From Octopus sinensis (Eukaryota), in contig NC_043007.1 in assembly GCF_006345805.1 (NCBI RefSeq), forward strand, positions 65,534,001 to 65,598,000: DNA of 64,000 nt. The letters are read 5' to 3'. Positions within the stretch are counted from its first letter, which is position 1; each line of letters opens with the position of its first letter. The notes beneath the pieces were generated by a model. That model had not been told where the DNA came from and made no database searches. It saw nothing but the letters and a program-made list of their open reading frames with translations. Below, in pieces: positions 35,401 through 49,520 of the stretch. The position numbers and the translations under genes were made by a program.

Positions 35401-38400
35401 GACCTAATCGCCAGGCATCTAGCACCTTACTCCTTACCTACAGAATCATTTGACCGCTTCGTCACCTTGGATAGAATTTCAGTATCTACATGATGGATGG
35501 TTTCATGTTTATGTGCACATTGATATGTTTACTCGTACACCCCAACATTAACAACATTTTTATACTCATTCTAACTTATCTATATTTGTATCTATGCACA
35601 CACCCACATATGCCTAAGAAGTTGGATTTGTTTTCTTTTTTTCTGAATATAAGATGTTTAAATACTGCCTCACTATGTGTGTATTTCACTAACACACACA
35701 CACACATGCTCAACACTTTATACTTTATATATATATCAGTCACTTGCCTTTCTTTTTCCCTTTCTCTGTTTCTTTCTTCCTCTCTGTCTCCTGTCTCCCC
35801 TTTCTTGTACCATCATATTTCATGTTTGAATAACACACCTCACCTGATTAACTCCCTTATTTCACTTCGGAACAACTATTATCACCATCATCACCACCAA
35901 CACCACCACCAACAATATCACCACTACTACCACCACTAACAACAGCAACTTGCTGACCTTCTACCAATGAAAGTCATTGTGTCACACCTCTCCACCCATT
36001 GATACTGTTACAAATGACAGCTACTAATGACTCCAACACCATATATTAAATTAATTCTATTTGGTCATTGACTCACTGAACATAGTAACCAAGCCTTTCT
36101 CGAATCACATTGTACTGCCTTAAAAATGTAAAGACAATTCTGTTCTTGAAGGGATCATGGCTGGAATGTCTTTGTAGGTCTTCTCAATCAGTGTGGAGGC
36201 TCATGTCTTAGTGGTTATTAGGGTAAGATTTGAACCTAGCTCTCAGATGTGTTGTGTTCTTGGTTGCTCCAGTCCACTCAACTGTAGAAATGAGTTTAGG
36301 CTGGAGAGGGATGGGCTCTGCCAGACTTTCTCATCCTAGATACACTGCATGGCTGCAGCACCCCAGCAACCCGCAAGGGATTAAGGGGCTTGTCATTATC
36401 AATCAGATCTGACCTGGAGCTAACCACCTTGACCACTGTGAGACCACTATGACAACAAAAATGTCCATTACTTTGATTACCATGCTCACCACTGCAAACT
36501 AATATTAGAGGAATGGAAAACTGCTTGAAATAGCAGTATATTCTCCTCCAAATCACACCTAATCATAGCGGTACTCGACTTTACGCTACCAATGTCCTTT
36601 TTAAGTTAAATGAACTTTCTGACAAATCTGGATGTCTATCAGAAAATTTATTTAGACAAAAGGGGATCTGAGCTGGGTTCAAAATTTAACAAGTTTTGAA
36701 CTCGGTTCAAGGACACCTATTGTCACAGTATTACCTTCATGGATCCTAGGTTGGTAACCAATGCTAGATAATGTGGTCCTTTTTATTTTGTATATATTAT
36801 TTATTTATTTTTTTGCTTTCAACCATTTTGTGCTAGACAGCATGTTGGTCCATCTACACCCACTGAGTTCTCCATAGACATTATATCAGATTGGTCACTG
36901 AATCTTACGAAGGAGATAACAGAAGAACGAGACATGTGGCACACTGCTGTATTTTAAGACCTACCCACCACAACAAAATTGAGATCCTAAAACCAAGGTG
37001 CTCCATAAAAAGGATAGGTGTGAGTACTGGTGCCATGTAAAAAGCATCCAATACACTCTATTGAGTAGTTGGCATTAGGAAGGGTATCCAGTCATAGAAA
37101 CCAAATCAAAACAGTCTAGAGAACCTGATGTGGCTCCTGGCTTTGCCAGTTCCTGTCAAACTGTCCAACCCATGCCAGCATAGAAAACAGACAATAAATG
37201 TTGATGATGATGATGGTCTATATCATTAATTCTCAACCGGGGTCCATATGGTCATTAGAGGTCCATATAATATTTTGTTGAAATTTACCTGCAATAAATT
37301 GCTTGTACTTCTACAATACATGAAATATTTATATTTTTTATACAGTTCCTAATAATATTCAATTATAGGTGCTGGTGTGTGTTTGTGTAGTAAGAAACTT
37401 GCTTCCCTACCACATGGTTCTGGTCCCACTGTGTGTCACCTTGGACAAGTGTTTTCTGCTATTGCCTTGGGCTGACCAAAGCCTTGTGAGTGGATTTGGT
37501 TGACAGAAACTGAAAAAAAGCCTGTCTTATGTGTGTGTGTTTGAGTTCGACAAGTGCTTGATGTGTTTACGTTCCTGTAACTTAGCAGTTCAGCAGAGGT
37601 GATTGATAGAATAAGTATCAAGCTGTAATTAAAAAAAAAAGTGCTGGGGCCAATTCATTTGGCTAAACATTGTTCAAGTGGTGCCCCAGCATTGCTGCAA
37701 TTTAATGAGTAAAACAAATAAGACATAAAAGATCAAAATACAGTCGGATTTTTTTTTAATATATACATCGAACGGCTATGGAGGTCCAGTAGAGTGAAAC
37801 AGGAATCGAAGGCAGAAACATGGTTGAGAATCACTAGTTTCTACTCACTAAGTTCTCTGATATATAACCTTCAATACCTTACCATCCACCATCAACTTCA
37901 CTACTACCGATGTTGCTACCGCTACCACTCTCACCTCTTTTACACAACCCTGCTGCTCCCTTCTCCAGCACCTGGGAGGAAACCCTGGAGAGAATGTGCA
38001 TGTGTGCTTGTGTCTGTATGTTTGTCAGTGTGTGTGTGTTTTCTAGTTGGACATTGGACCATATTTCATTACTGTCTGTTCCCTTTCTCCTTTCAAAAGA
38101 TGGGTCTGTAGATTTCTGGAGAAAGCTGTGGAGTGGGGGTGCGGAGGTGAGAGGCATGATGCGAGCTTGGGGTATCATGTTACTTGCTGAACAAAATGGT
38201 GGTGAAGGGTGTAGAGAGGGTGTTGATAGGTTGTATTGGTGCAGAGTGTTTGGTGTTATGGCAGCTTGGAGTGTCACATTACTCACAGCCGACTGGCAGA
38301 AAACTGTTAGCGCTGGTCAATGATGGGGGTGGTGGCAATAGTGATATCCTTTCCCTCAACCACCACCACCACCACTATATCTGAAGGTGGTTGGAATTGT

Positions 38401-39541
38401 GTGTACATATGTATATACATACACACAAACACGTTTTTCTCTATGATAGTGGTGGTTGCATGTATGTGTGTGTATGGTGAGTGTAACAGGATGTTGTGTG
38501 TGTGGCATTGTGTGATGCTGTCATATTCATTTTCCATTCTGATGTGGGTTGGACAGGCCTTCCTTCACCCATCACCCCCCTTTTAAGTTCTGAATTGAAA
38601 CTGGGGTTGCCGGTCTTTGTATTCTCCCATTTGTCATCTTATGTTAATGTTAGAAATTGTCACCATTTATTTAGCCCCTTCCCTCCCAGTTAGCCAGCCC
38701 TGATGAAAGAAGCATATAATCAAAGGGGTTCCATTACTGACCACTCCATCCATATTGCAGACAGTAGGCAGTGAAGTGGCTGAGTCATTAGAGCATCAAA
38801 GAGAATAGTTCATGGTATTTGCTCTGACTCACTGTTCTCTGAGTTCAAATCCCACTAAGTTCACGTTGCCTTTCATCCTTTCAGAGTCATTTAAAAAATG
38901 GACCAATCTAAGTCTGTAGATTGGTGGAACCCTAAGAACATTGGACTGAATCTTTGTGGTATTAGTCCTACCTCTTTGTATTCCAGGCAAAATGCTTAGT
39001 GGCATTTCATGTCTTTATGTTCTGAGTTCAAATTCTGTTGAGGTTGACTTTGCCTTTCGTTCTTTCAGGGTCAATAAAATAAGTTCCAGTTGAGCACTGG
39101 GGTTGATGTAATTGACTTACTCCCTCCCCCAGACTTAATGGTTTTGTGCCAAAATTTGAAGCTGATAGTTTATGGGGTACTAAGGCAGTGAGCTGGCAGA
39201 ATCGCTAGGGTGTTGGACGAAATGCTTTGTAGCATTTCTTCCAGCTCTTTACATTCTGAGTTCAAATCCCACTGAGTCCTACTTTGCCTTTCATCCTTTT
39301 GGGGGTCGATAAAATAAAGATCCAGCTGAATATTGCAGGTTGACATAATTGACTTCTCCCACCCCTAAAAATTGCTGCCCTTGTGCCAAAAGTAGGGAAA
39401 ATATATTTTTACAGGATGCTAAATCTACAAAAATGGGGTGCACATCAAACAGCCCTTATTTGTTGTTGTCAATATTTGAATATAAAGGAAATCATTAATG
39501 CCTGTCTCCTCTCTTACTTTCTTACTTTCAATTTTTTACAG

Positions 39542-39664
39542 GGTCCTAAATCTGTGAAAAACAAAGCCAACACCACTCCAAATACTCAACCAACCAAGAA
39601 GCAAAAAGTTGAAGTTGTGAAGAGGTCATTTTCTGCATCCAGTGTTTTCCATCACATTGATTAA
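39542..39664 (+). CDS. CLSPN: Claspin terminal coding exon (GPKSVKNK...PTKKQKVEVVKRSFSASSVFHHID*)
   Basis: ttttacag acceptor, phase 0, ends in TAA; resembles the human PKHLK...SIFKYLES C-terminus. Confidence 0.88.
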   Translation, partial: GPKSVKNKANTTPNTQPTKKQKVEVVKRSFSASSVFHHID

Positions 39665-40056
39665 TAGAAGTGATTCTAAGAATCTTACTGTCTTCTGTCG
39701 TGTCAGTTTTGGATCTGCTTCTGTATTAACTCGTTGATTTATGGATCCATTTCTGTATCAACTCATCAATCCAATTTCATTTCATTTCATTTCATTTTAT
39801 AGATTAATTAAAGAAGACTATACTTGTTGATATGTTGGGGTAGGGAGATGGGGATGCTGTGAAGTAGAAGACACCTGGATTATTCCTACTTTACTGCAGG
39901 TTATTAAAATATATGTCTGTGTTCTGGATTGCTGAAATTTTTTAGATGTTTCTCTCCATCTTGGTTTTCTGTGAGGTGAAAGAGAGGACAACTTAACTGT
40001 TGATTGTATGCTATTTAAGAAGATTAAAAATATATTTCTCTCCATACGTTATATAT

Positions 40057-40062
40057 AATAAA
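40057..40062 (+). terminator. Candidate polyadenylation signal for claspin
   Basis: AATAAA about 390 nt after the stop codon. The hexamer is common in AT-rich DNA, so support is weak. Confidence 0.25.
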
Positions 40063-42919
40063 TATATCTATCATTGGGATTCATTCATTTTCGACAAAAG
40101 TTATGCCAACTCAAGTTTTCCTCTATTCTAAACCAACATCTCCATCTATGGAATTGAGGGAACAGCTTTCTTTTATTTCTCTTCCAGATCAACCTTTATG
40201 ATATATATAAATGTATATGATATATATGAATTTAATTCTTTAATATATGTATATATTATATATGTGTGTATGTGTTTGAAATATTGTTTTTTGAAGCATG
40301 TGACATAAAACTATAAATAATAGCTTGTAAATATTGGTTTGAAAAACCACTTTGGGTAGGAAAAGTCAAAGTCTCTAATTTATAGCTTTATGTGATGTGC
40401 TTTGAGGACCAGTGTTCCAAGTAACAATTGTTTCATATTCCTTTCAAAATTAATAACATTCCTGTGACGTCAACAAAACACATACACACACTCGCTCACA
40501 TATACAGTGGTATCGACCAGATTATTGGATGTTATATTCTGATAGTCACAATGCATTTAACACCGTTTTAACTTTTGAGTGATACCACCAATGTATATAG
40601 CTGTGTGTCTGTGTGTGTGTGTATGTATATGTGTGTACACACACACACCTTTTATTTCTGGATTGTGTAATATTCTAGTCTCTTGCCTTCCTGATACTTG
40701 ATGAAGAAGTTACCAATTGATCAACTGCCTTCTTTCACATGGGTTTCCATAACAATGATAATAATAATAATAGACTCTTTCTGGTTCAGCTGTCTTCTGG
40801 ATGAAAGTGAACACTTGTCTCTCTTTTCAGCAGCAATCAGTGTATATATATGATGTCTGTATGTATTTAAATTGGTGAATATCATTGACTCTCAATGGTA
40901 TTCAAGTGGCTCTTTTAACTTCTTTTTTGATTACAACTTTCAGAATTTACTGAATTGATGTTATATAAAGCATATGTCTATAAATATTTTTACATGTTTT
41001 TTTTGTTTGATTGTTTTAGCCCCAGGTCAACCTTTAGCTCAGCAAATGGCTTTTGGTCTAATGTTCTAACTACTTTCATCCCTTCCACAATTATTACTTT
41101 ATTTTATCATCATCATCATCATCGTTTAACGTCCGTTCTCCATGCTAGCATGGGTTGGACGGTTTCACCGGAGATCAGGGAAGCCAGAAGGCTGCACCAG
41201 GCTCCAGTCTGATCTGGCAGTGTTTCTACAGCTGGATGCCCTTCCTAACACCAACTACTCCGTGAGTGTAGTGGGTGCTTTTTACGTTCCTTTGAGGTGC
41301 TATGGTGTAATTTGGGGGAAATTAAGTTGCTATTTCTAGCAGATGATGCAACAAATTAACAGTGTTATTAGAGCATTTGTCCTAATACTCTGCATTCTGA
41401 GTTCAAAATCTTACCAAGGTAAACTTTGCCTTTCATCCTTTTATGATTGATAAATAAAGTACCAGTCCAGGTTAGTGGATTAGCAGAATTTGTAGAACAT
41501 CTGATGATTGCCTTGTGCTGTGTTTTCCAGATCTGCATTCTGTGTTCATATCTTGCTTTTTCTCACCAGAAGAAACTGTTGATGCATGTGTAAGTTAGTT
41601 GAGCAGATAGTATCAGGAAGTGAAAAATTAATACTGGTAAGATTTCAACAGGGGGAAGAGTTGAGTATGTCATTCATGGACAACATTTTCCTTGCAGTTG
41701 GCCTTAAACCGTTACCATTTAAACTGGTCACACCCGATGCAAATATTCTACTTGGCTTCTGTTCAGACTGATCAAATCCAGCCTCTCTCATCTACTCTGC
41801 ACTGCCATTCTAAAGATAATCACATCATCAAAATCCCAAAGCTATGAGATAAGGCATGCTTGATTAAAAACAATGTGAATATATAAGCATTACATATGAC
41901 AATAATCTGAATACTAAAGGGTTAAGAAATATCTCTTAACCCTTATCATGGATCGGACCCATGCCCCTTAGATAATTTATTGAGCTTCATGTAGATGCAG
42001 GCATGGCTGTGTGGTTAAGGAATTCAGTTTTTAACCATATGGCTTCAGGCTTAGTCCCATAGTTTGGCATCTTGGGTATGTGTCTTGTGCTATAGATCTG
42101 GGCCTTCCAGTTCCTTGCGAGGGAGTTTGGTTGATAGAATTAAAACAATCTCTTGGAGCATGTGCGTGTTTTGTGTTGAGTCAAAAGTTTTGCAATACTT
42201 TGGTAACTTATTTGCTTTATTTGTCAAGTTACAACAAAAGTAGTCTAGAATTCAAAGCAGAGGTCATCGTGTTGCATTGTCTGAAGTCACCATGTTGCAT
42301 TGTCTGAAGTCACCATAGGCTAATAAGGCTTGTTTCTTGGCAGCTGAGTGGATTGGAGCAACATGAAATGAAGTGTTTTCGCACATCATATTCCTTGTCC
42401 AGGAATCAAAATCACAATCTTACTATCTTGAATCCAGTACCCTAACCAATAAGTTACGCAGGTGTCCAACATATGGTGCGTAGCTTATTGGTTAGGGTGT
42501 TGGATTCATAATTGTAAGATTGTGGTTTTGATTCTTGGACCAAGAATACAATCTGCAAAAACACTTCATTTCATGTTGCGACAGACCTGCGTCCTGTCCA
42601 GGTGGGGAATATATACGCCACAAAAGCCAGGAAACACCTTATGAGCTTATGGCTCAGGAAGGACCTTTCATCCTTTTTATATATTTTATATATAAGAAAA
42701 AAAGGTATTTACCAACATATGATGTACACACGCACATATAGATATCATCCCCTTTCGCATGAATAGGACGGAATTCATTGAAGCAGATTTTCTACAGTTC
42801 GATGCTTCTCCTGCCCCCAGTCCTCACCTATTCCCAATTAAGATAATATCCGCCTACCCCCATGATCAGACATGTTGTCACAGAAGGTTGGAAACAGGAC
42901 ACCACTTGTACGATGATGA

Positions 42920-42956
<37 letters not shown>

Positions 42957-43019
42957 ATATATACAATAATAATTCATTCTTTTATTAGCCAAAGGGGCTC
43001 ACATACAATAACATTAAAA

Positions 43020-44325
43020 GACAAAACCGGGACGATACAATGGGTTTTCCACGTGTAAACAAAGCATAACAATAAAAAATTAAATTAAAACTCCCAATAG
43101 GGGAGGCGCTTTAAGGTCTTCGTGGAAAAAACCATGGGTGCCTGAACAACCCAAGAGACCTTTTATTTCTCGCAGGTGTATGCTCAGAATTGGTCCTTTC
43201 ACACTGGCCATTCTTCCAACACTTCCCTCTCCACCCTCAACTTCCTTTTCAAGTGAAATTTTAAAAAGTTGATGAGGGCTTAGCCAAAGGGGTAAGTGTC
43301 CGTCTTTAGCCCTTTCAAACGGTCCACCATACTACCTCTTTCACTACAGCCACTAGACAAATAAAAATTGCTTATTCCTCCCGGCCAAAAGAGGGCGGCG
43401 GGACAATCTTCACAATGGTTTCAGCTGATAGCCAGATCCGTCCTGCACGCGACAGCAGGTGTTCGATATAAACCCACAGGTCAGTAATACTCAGACACTG
43501 GACTACTGCGTGCAGAACATTTTCATCGTTCTGGGCGCACCTCGGGCAGGCCCAGCTGACGGTCCTTCCGTGCTTATAAAGTTTATCTCGAACAGGCAGC
43601 GCCCCTCGGTAGCACTGCCAGGCAAGGGATTTCTGGAAGTTATCCATAAGCCCAGGCCCGAAAGTTCTCCGAAACAGACCAATAAGTTGATCTTCATCGA
43701 CTTTCCCTGAGAACGTCGTCGCACTTTCCCTCTACTAGCCCTCTATAGAACGCTGGAGTGGCACTATCACCAACTGGATTGCTCGCCTAGCGGAGGGCTA
43801 TGAGCACTTGATGGTACTCGAGGTGCCAAGCGTCCCTCCTCAGTTTCCGCAGCTCAGTCAAAGAGACGAGCTGAGGAAAAGTATTCCTGACAAACGGTGA
43901 CTACACCTGCTCACCGTCAAGGAAACGCTGGAGATGCCGCAATCTCAGCGCATCAGTAACCACGGCATGTCCAGCTCACCATTCAACGGCTGTTGACAGC
44001 AGATAGTGCGCCTGACCTGTAGAACGCGATCTTTCCGCAGAAAGCGGAAGAGTAAACGCACCAGCAAACAAGGCAAGGGGCGATGGACAAGCGGTAATAG
44101 ATGACAGATACGATGTACGCATTCGCCACCTCCACTCGATCTTCCAGGGCCAGCTTCTCGGCCCATTTCTGGGTGAAATTGGCTACCCTGCTCATCACCT
44201 TGTTCAAGTTTTTCTGCACCTGGAGGTCTGGACCAAACCAGACACTGAGCAACTTAACCGGACCGTTTGACCAGTACCCTATAAAGCTATTGGACGGCAT
44301 GGACTTGCCTCACCACTGTTTTATA
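43020..44325 (-). mobile_element. 5'-truncated L1/Tx1-type LINE (post-RT region, zf-RVT domain, 3' UTR)
   Basis: GPVKLLSVWFGPDLQ, DNFQKSLAWQCYRGALPVRDKL, CPRC...HAVVQC; AATAAA near the 3' end; homologous to 53200-54420. Confidence 0.88.
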
Positions 44326-44334
44326 TTTTTGTAG

Positions 44335-44678
44335 TGTTTCGCCAATCAGATCTATATGCCTGTGGCTCGACACTATGATGGTGTATATATAATAATGGAC
44401 TCTCCCGTCGTTAGGTGACGTACGAGGGTTCGACAATTTCTTAACCGAACAACCACACACGATTTGTTCATAGTGATCAAATGCTTGTGTACAGATTAGC
44501 TCCCTCCCTCCATCAAATCGATATTACTTGTACAGGTGCAACTGGGTGCTACATGTCAGATGTCGAAATGATCGTAGAACAACGTGAAATGAAGTGCTTT
44601 GCTCAAGAACACAACGCAATGCCCGGTCTGGTAATCGAACCCACGATCTCGCAATCGCGAGTGTAACACCCTAAGCAC
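44335..44678 (-). mobile_element. tRNA-derived SINE
   Basis: Minus-strand head gtgcttagggtgttacactcgcgattgcgagatcgtgggttcgattacc with a B box; related to the copy at about 11035-11160. Confidence 0.6.
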
Positions 44679-44949
44679 AGTCTATATATATCTTTAGGCG
44701 TGGTTGTGTAGTAAGAAGCTTGCTTTCCAAGCACATGGTTCTGGATTCAATCGCTGTATGGCACCATGAGCAAGTGTCTTCTACTATATATAGCCTCAGG
44801 CCGACCAAAGCTTTGTGAGTGGATTTGGTAGACGGAACTGAAAGAACCCCGTCATATATATATATAAAACTTAGATATGTTTCGACCAGATTGGTCCAGG
44901 CCATGTCTAACTTAATAGCACCACCTGATAGGATTATCTAAATCCTTTT

Positions 44950-45375
44950 AAAGTCAAGTTTTGTTTATGGTCCTTTTAAGTAGTGAGTTGTATCCAGGTA
45001 TGGGTGGCGTATCTGATAAACCATGAAGCAATCTGTCCAGACTCCGTTTAAAGGTGGTGGGATCCTTTTCCTCTTTAATCAGTTTTGAGACAATGTCAAA
45101 CAGGGCAGGGCCTGTTGAGGAAAAGAAATTATGTCGCAGTGTATCTATATGTTGTGATCCTGAATTGGGCAGGGGAAGTATAGCCCGAGGTCCCAGCCTG
45201 GGATGATCCTTGAAACTACTGTTCAGATCGTTTGGGCAATGCTGGTGGTATATTCTCCACATTGTACAAATGATGTACCGCTCGCGGCGGCACTGGAGAG
45301 AGTAGTGTTTCAAGGCTTTAAGGCGGTCACAGTAATCGAGATCAGTCATGCCTTCAATTCATTTAGTGAGTGCCC
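44950..45375 (-). mobile_element. CR1/L2-group LINE 3' fragment
   Basis: DYCDRLKALKHYSLQCRRERY...GPALFD...FKRSLDRLL, the typical CR1-group C-terminus. Confidence 0.75.
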
Positions 45376-45772
45376 TCTGGGGTGATCCAATCTTCGAGAT
45401 GTTTTGTTTTGTGTCTGTCCACCACCACTTACAACCGGTATTGGTGTGCTTAGTCCCCATAACTTAGCGGTTCGACAAAAGAGTGCAATAGAATAAGTTT
45501 AAAAAGAAATGAGTATTGGGGTAGATTTGTTTGACTAAAATTTCCCCATGGCTCTGCCTCAACATGGCCGCAGCCTAATGATTGAAACAAGTAAAAAATA
45601 TATATAGTCCACAGAGATTCTCTGTATCGAATGCACGTAGCAGTGCTCAAAATATTCAAACTTAGACTCCGATGTCTTTACAGGGGGGGGGGGGCGATTC
45701 CATGTGGTAAAGAATGGCTGTAAGAGGAATCAAGTTGAGCAGGTATAATTGCCTCTTTCTCTCTCTCTCTTG

Positions 45773-45810
<38 letters not shown>

Positions 45811-47194
45811 CACACACACATATATATATATATATATGTTTCTGCTTGTTCCTTTTGTTTATGCTTGTGTTTTTTTGTAGCATATTTAATGCAACGCCAC
45901 GCACTGTCTTGTTAACATTCTGTGAATTTATATAGACGCAGGGGTGGCTGTGTGTAAGAAGCTTACTTCTCAACCACATGGTTCCGGGTTCAGTTCCACT
46001 GCGTGGCACCTTCGACAAATGTCTTCTTCTATAGCCTTGGGCCGACCGAAGCCTGATTGGATTTGGTAGGCGAAAACTGAAAGAAGTCCATCGTATATAT
46101 ATACTCTTTTACTTGTTTCAGTCATTTAATCGAGCAACTCGACCCCGGGACTTATTCTTTGTAAGCCCAGTACTTATTCTATCAGCCTCTTTTGCCGAAC
46201 CGCTAAGTTACGGGGACATAAACACACCAGCATCAGTTGTCAAGCAATGCTAGGGGGACACACACAAGCGCACACGCATACATATATATATATATACATA
46301 TATACGAGGGGCTTCTTTCAGTTTCCGTCTACCAAATCCACTCACAAGGCTTTGGTCGGCCCGAGGCTATAGTAGACGACATTTGCCCAAGATGCCACGC
46401 AGTGGGACTGAACTCGGAACCATGTGGTTGGTAAGCAGGCTACTTACCACATACATATGTATATATGTATGTGCGTGTATTTGTACCCCAGCAATCGCTT
46501 GGCAACCAATGCTAGTGTTTATGGCCGATTGAATTCGTACTAGGCTTACAAAGTCCTTGGGTAGATTGCTTCCACTAAAAAAAAAAAAAAAAAAGAAGAA
46601 CCCTTTAAGGCGGTACTCCAGCATGACCGCAGTCAAATGACTGAAACAAGTAAAAGAATATATATTAAAAAATGTGATGGTCATGTTTAAAGTGTATTTG
46701 GTCCAATGTTTACCCAATCAGGGCTGGAATGGGTGGATGAAACAACTCTATCGTTGCAGCTGGCAATAACTAAGAGTACCCATAGACCACTTCATTTTAA
46801 TAATGTACATCTTCACCCCACTCACCCTACTAACAACCAACCCACCCAACCAACCAGCTAACCGACCAACAAGCCAGCCAGCCAGCCAGCCAACAACCAC
46901 AGCGTTCATTCTTTATATCCACCCATCCACCACTGGCAGCTGCTGGCTTGTGTGTCCAATACCCTCACTAACGATCAACCGACGCTGTATGGGTTCACCC
47001 CCTCACCACACACGTACAGACACTCACACACACACACACGCACGCACACACGCATACACACTCATGCACGCGTGGAAGCTTTACACACAACTCCCCTTCA
47101 CGTTGCCTCACCTAGCCACTTACCTATTCAACTAGGATCAGGTAACGTGCAAAGCTGGGGTTTTTTTTAGCCTCTTTCACACACACACACACAC

Positions 47195-47253
<59 letters not shown>

Positions 47254-47953
47254 ACACACACACACGTATTCCCCTAGCCAATATATTATTATTTTTACTA
47301 CAACCAACGCTGCTATCTTCCTTCCCACACGCCTTTCTCTATAATTTCTCTCTATCCTTTGTCTCTGCTACTAATCATTACCACTCCCAACCCCTACACG
47401 CTTTTTTCAGTTCAGCACGTGGGACCTTACTCATATTCCCTCCGCAGCACACTGCATCGTGTGCCACCCCCCTTCTCTCTTCACACTGTCTTCACTCCTC
47501 CTCCCTCGTCCTCGTCCACTGTGACACTATCACCACTATCAGTACCTGTACCACGACCAGCACTATCACCACCACCACACTACCACCACTACCTCCATCA
47601 TCATTACCACTACTTCCCCTTCCAGACGGGACATTCAAAATTCATAAGCGCGTCCCGTCTTGTGCATAGCGATGTTTGCACGACTTGAGTGCTGTTCACA
47701 CACACACAGACAGACGCATGCATGCATAAAAATATACCTCTATGTGTATACGTGTATATGTGTGTGTATAATACACATTAAGTATAGGACACAACGAGTG
47801 AAAAATACGTAAACACACGAGAGGAAAGTACATATATACACACATATAATCACGCATATCTCTCACTCTGAGTGTGTACACACACATACACACACACAAA
47901 AAAACATGCATATATACATATATAAATACATTATATACATACACACGTGTATG

Positions 47954-47988
<35 letters not shown>

Positions 47989-48000
47989 GTATGTATGCAC

Positions 48001-48035
<35 letters not shown>

Positions 48036-48159
48036 GTTTGTGTAGTAAGAAGCTTGCTTTCCAACCACATGGGCAAGTGTCTTCTACTATAGACACGGGT
48101 TGGCCAAAGCTTTGTGGGGGGATTTTGGTGGATGGAAACTGTAAGAAGCCGGTAGTGTG

Positions 48160-48194
48160 TGTGTATATATGTATATATATATATATATTATATA

Positions 48195-48263
<69 letters not shown>

Positions 48264-48481
48264 ACATATATATATTATATACATATATATATATATAACA
48301 TATATATACATATATATACATATATAATATATATATATTATACATATATATATTATATATACATATATATATTATATACATATATATTATATATATATAT
48401 ACATTATATATATATATATTATATATATATATATAACATATATATATATACATATATATTATATATATACATATATATATA

Positions 48482-48522
<41 letters not shown>
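48160..48522. repeat. Long imperfect (TA)n tract
   Basis: About 360 nt of TA dinucleotide with interruptions. Confidence 0.95.
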
Positions 48523-48525
<3 letters not shown>

Positions 48526-48741
48526 AGAGGAATATCCACTAAGGTGGATTCCTAATATGCTAGAAGACGCTAAATCGTCTTACGACGAAGAATGTGTTCT
48601 CAAGGAATTTCAGCAAATGCCAGAATGTAAATCAATCAAGACAAATGAAAAGATACAAAATTTGGCAATAAACTACATACCTAGATTTCGCTGTTAACAT
48701 TCACGAATATAAATGTCCGCAGTTCTTCAGTGTGGTCGCTT

Positions 48742-48772
<31 letters not shown>

Positions 48773-49227
48773 GATATGGAGGCGCAATGGCCCAGTGGTT
48801 AGGGCAGCGGACTCGCGGTTTCGATTCCCAGTGTTTATTGAGCGAAAACATCTAAAGCTCCACGAGGCTCCGGCAGGGGTTGGTGGCGATCCCTGCTGTA
48901 CTCTTTCGCCACAATTTTCTTTCATTCTTTCTTCTGTTGGCCTGCTCGCTTAGCCAGCGGGGTGGGGTCATTTGAAGGTTAAAACAATGTGAAGCGCATT
49001 GTGACCAGCGATGTGTAGCAACGTCTGATAGCCTGGTCGGTCACGCTGACATATATATATATGTATGTATGTAGACGCAGGAGTGGCTGTGTGGTAAGTA
49101 GCTTGCTTACTAACCACATGGTTCTGGGTTCAGTCCCACTGCGTGGCACTTTTGGAAAGTGTCTTCTACTACAGCCTTGGGCCGACCAAAGACTTGTGAG
49201 TGGATTTCGTAGGCGGAAACTGAATCG

Positions 49228-49258
<31 letters not shown>

Positions 49259-49424
49259 AATGAATGAATTATCCTTACAGTTAACATGGAAAATTCAATA
49301 AACTGTTTCCAGGGTAGCAACATTCATGCAAGTAACAAGGATGTAGAAACTCCGGGTTAATGTGCAGTAATTTTTATAGTATAAGTAAATAAATGGAGTT
49401 GAACGCAGGAGTTATTCAAATTCT

Positions 49425-49520
49425 TTTACTTTAGACATATTTTTCGAAGACAACATTGGTTTTATTCCAAAGGAATAAACGGTGTAAAATAATGTAATCT
49501 TCTCATCAGGAAAGAAAGAG
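49425..49520 (-). ncRNA. Degenerate type I hammerhead ribozyme motif
   Basis: CTTTC-CTGATGA-GAAGATTACATT...AATGTTGTCTTC-GAAA-AATAT-GTC-TAAAG: intact core boxes, a 12-bp imperfect stem II, a GUC site, and mismatches in stems I and III. Confidence 0.6.

Larger units (their letters stand above)
929..39664 (+). other. CLSPN: Claspin gene, 3' portion (13 coding exons in window, about 500 aa; 5' exons lie upstream of the window)
   Basis: The exons join in one frame with GT-AG boundaries and matching phases (1503 nt including the stop). The product has claspin hallmarks in the correct order: EDTQDLY, LDEQGFL, GLCSGQF (Chk1-binding repeat), [59 protein letters not shown]. Confidence 0.95.

Noticed and set aside
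42923-43000. (TC)n target specificity of the Tx1 copy
   Set aside because: About 17 nt of unrelated sequence separate the 3' end from the repeat, no TSD was found, and the other copy has a different flank.
47696-48542. Long ORFs such as the 196-aa poly-YI frames (also at 55355-55711, 59584-61384 and 61954-63078)
   Set aside because: They are translations of TA, GT and ATT microsatellites that happen to lack stops.
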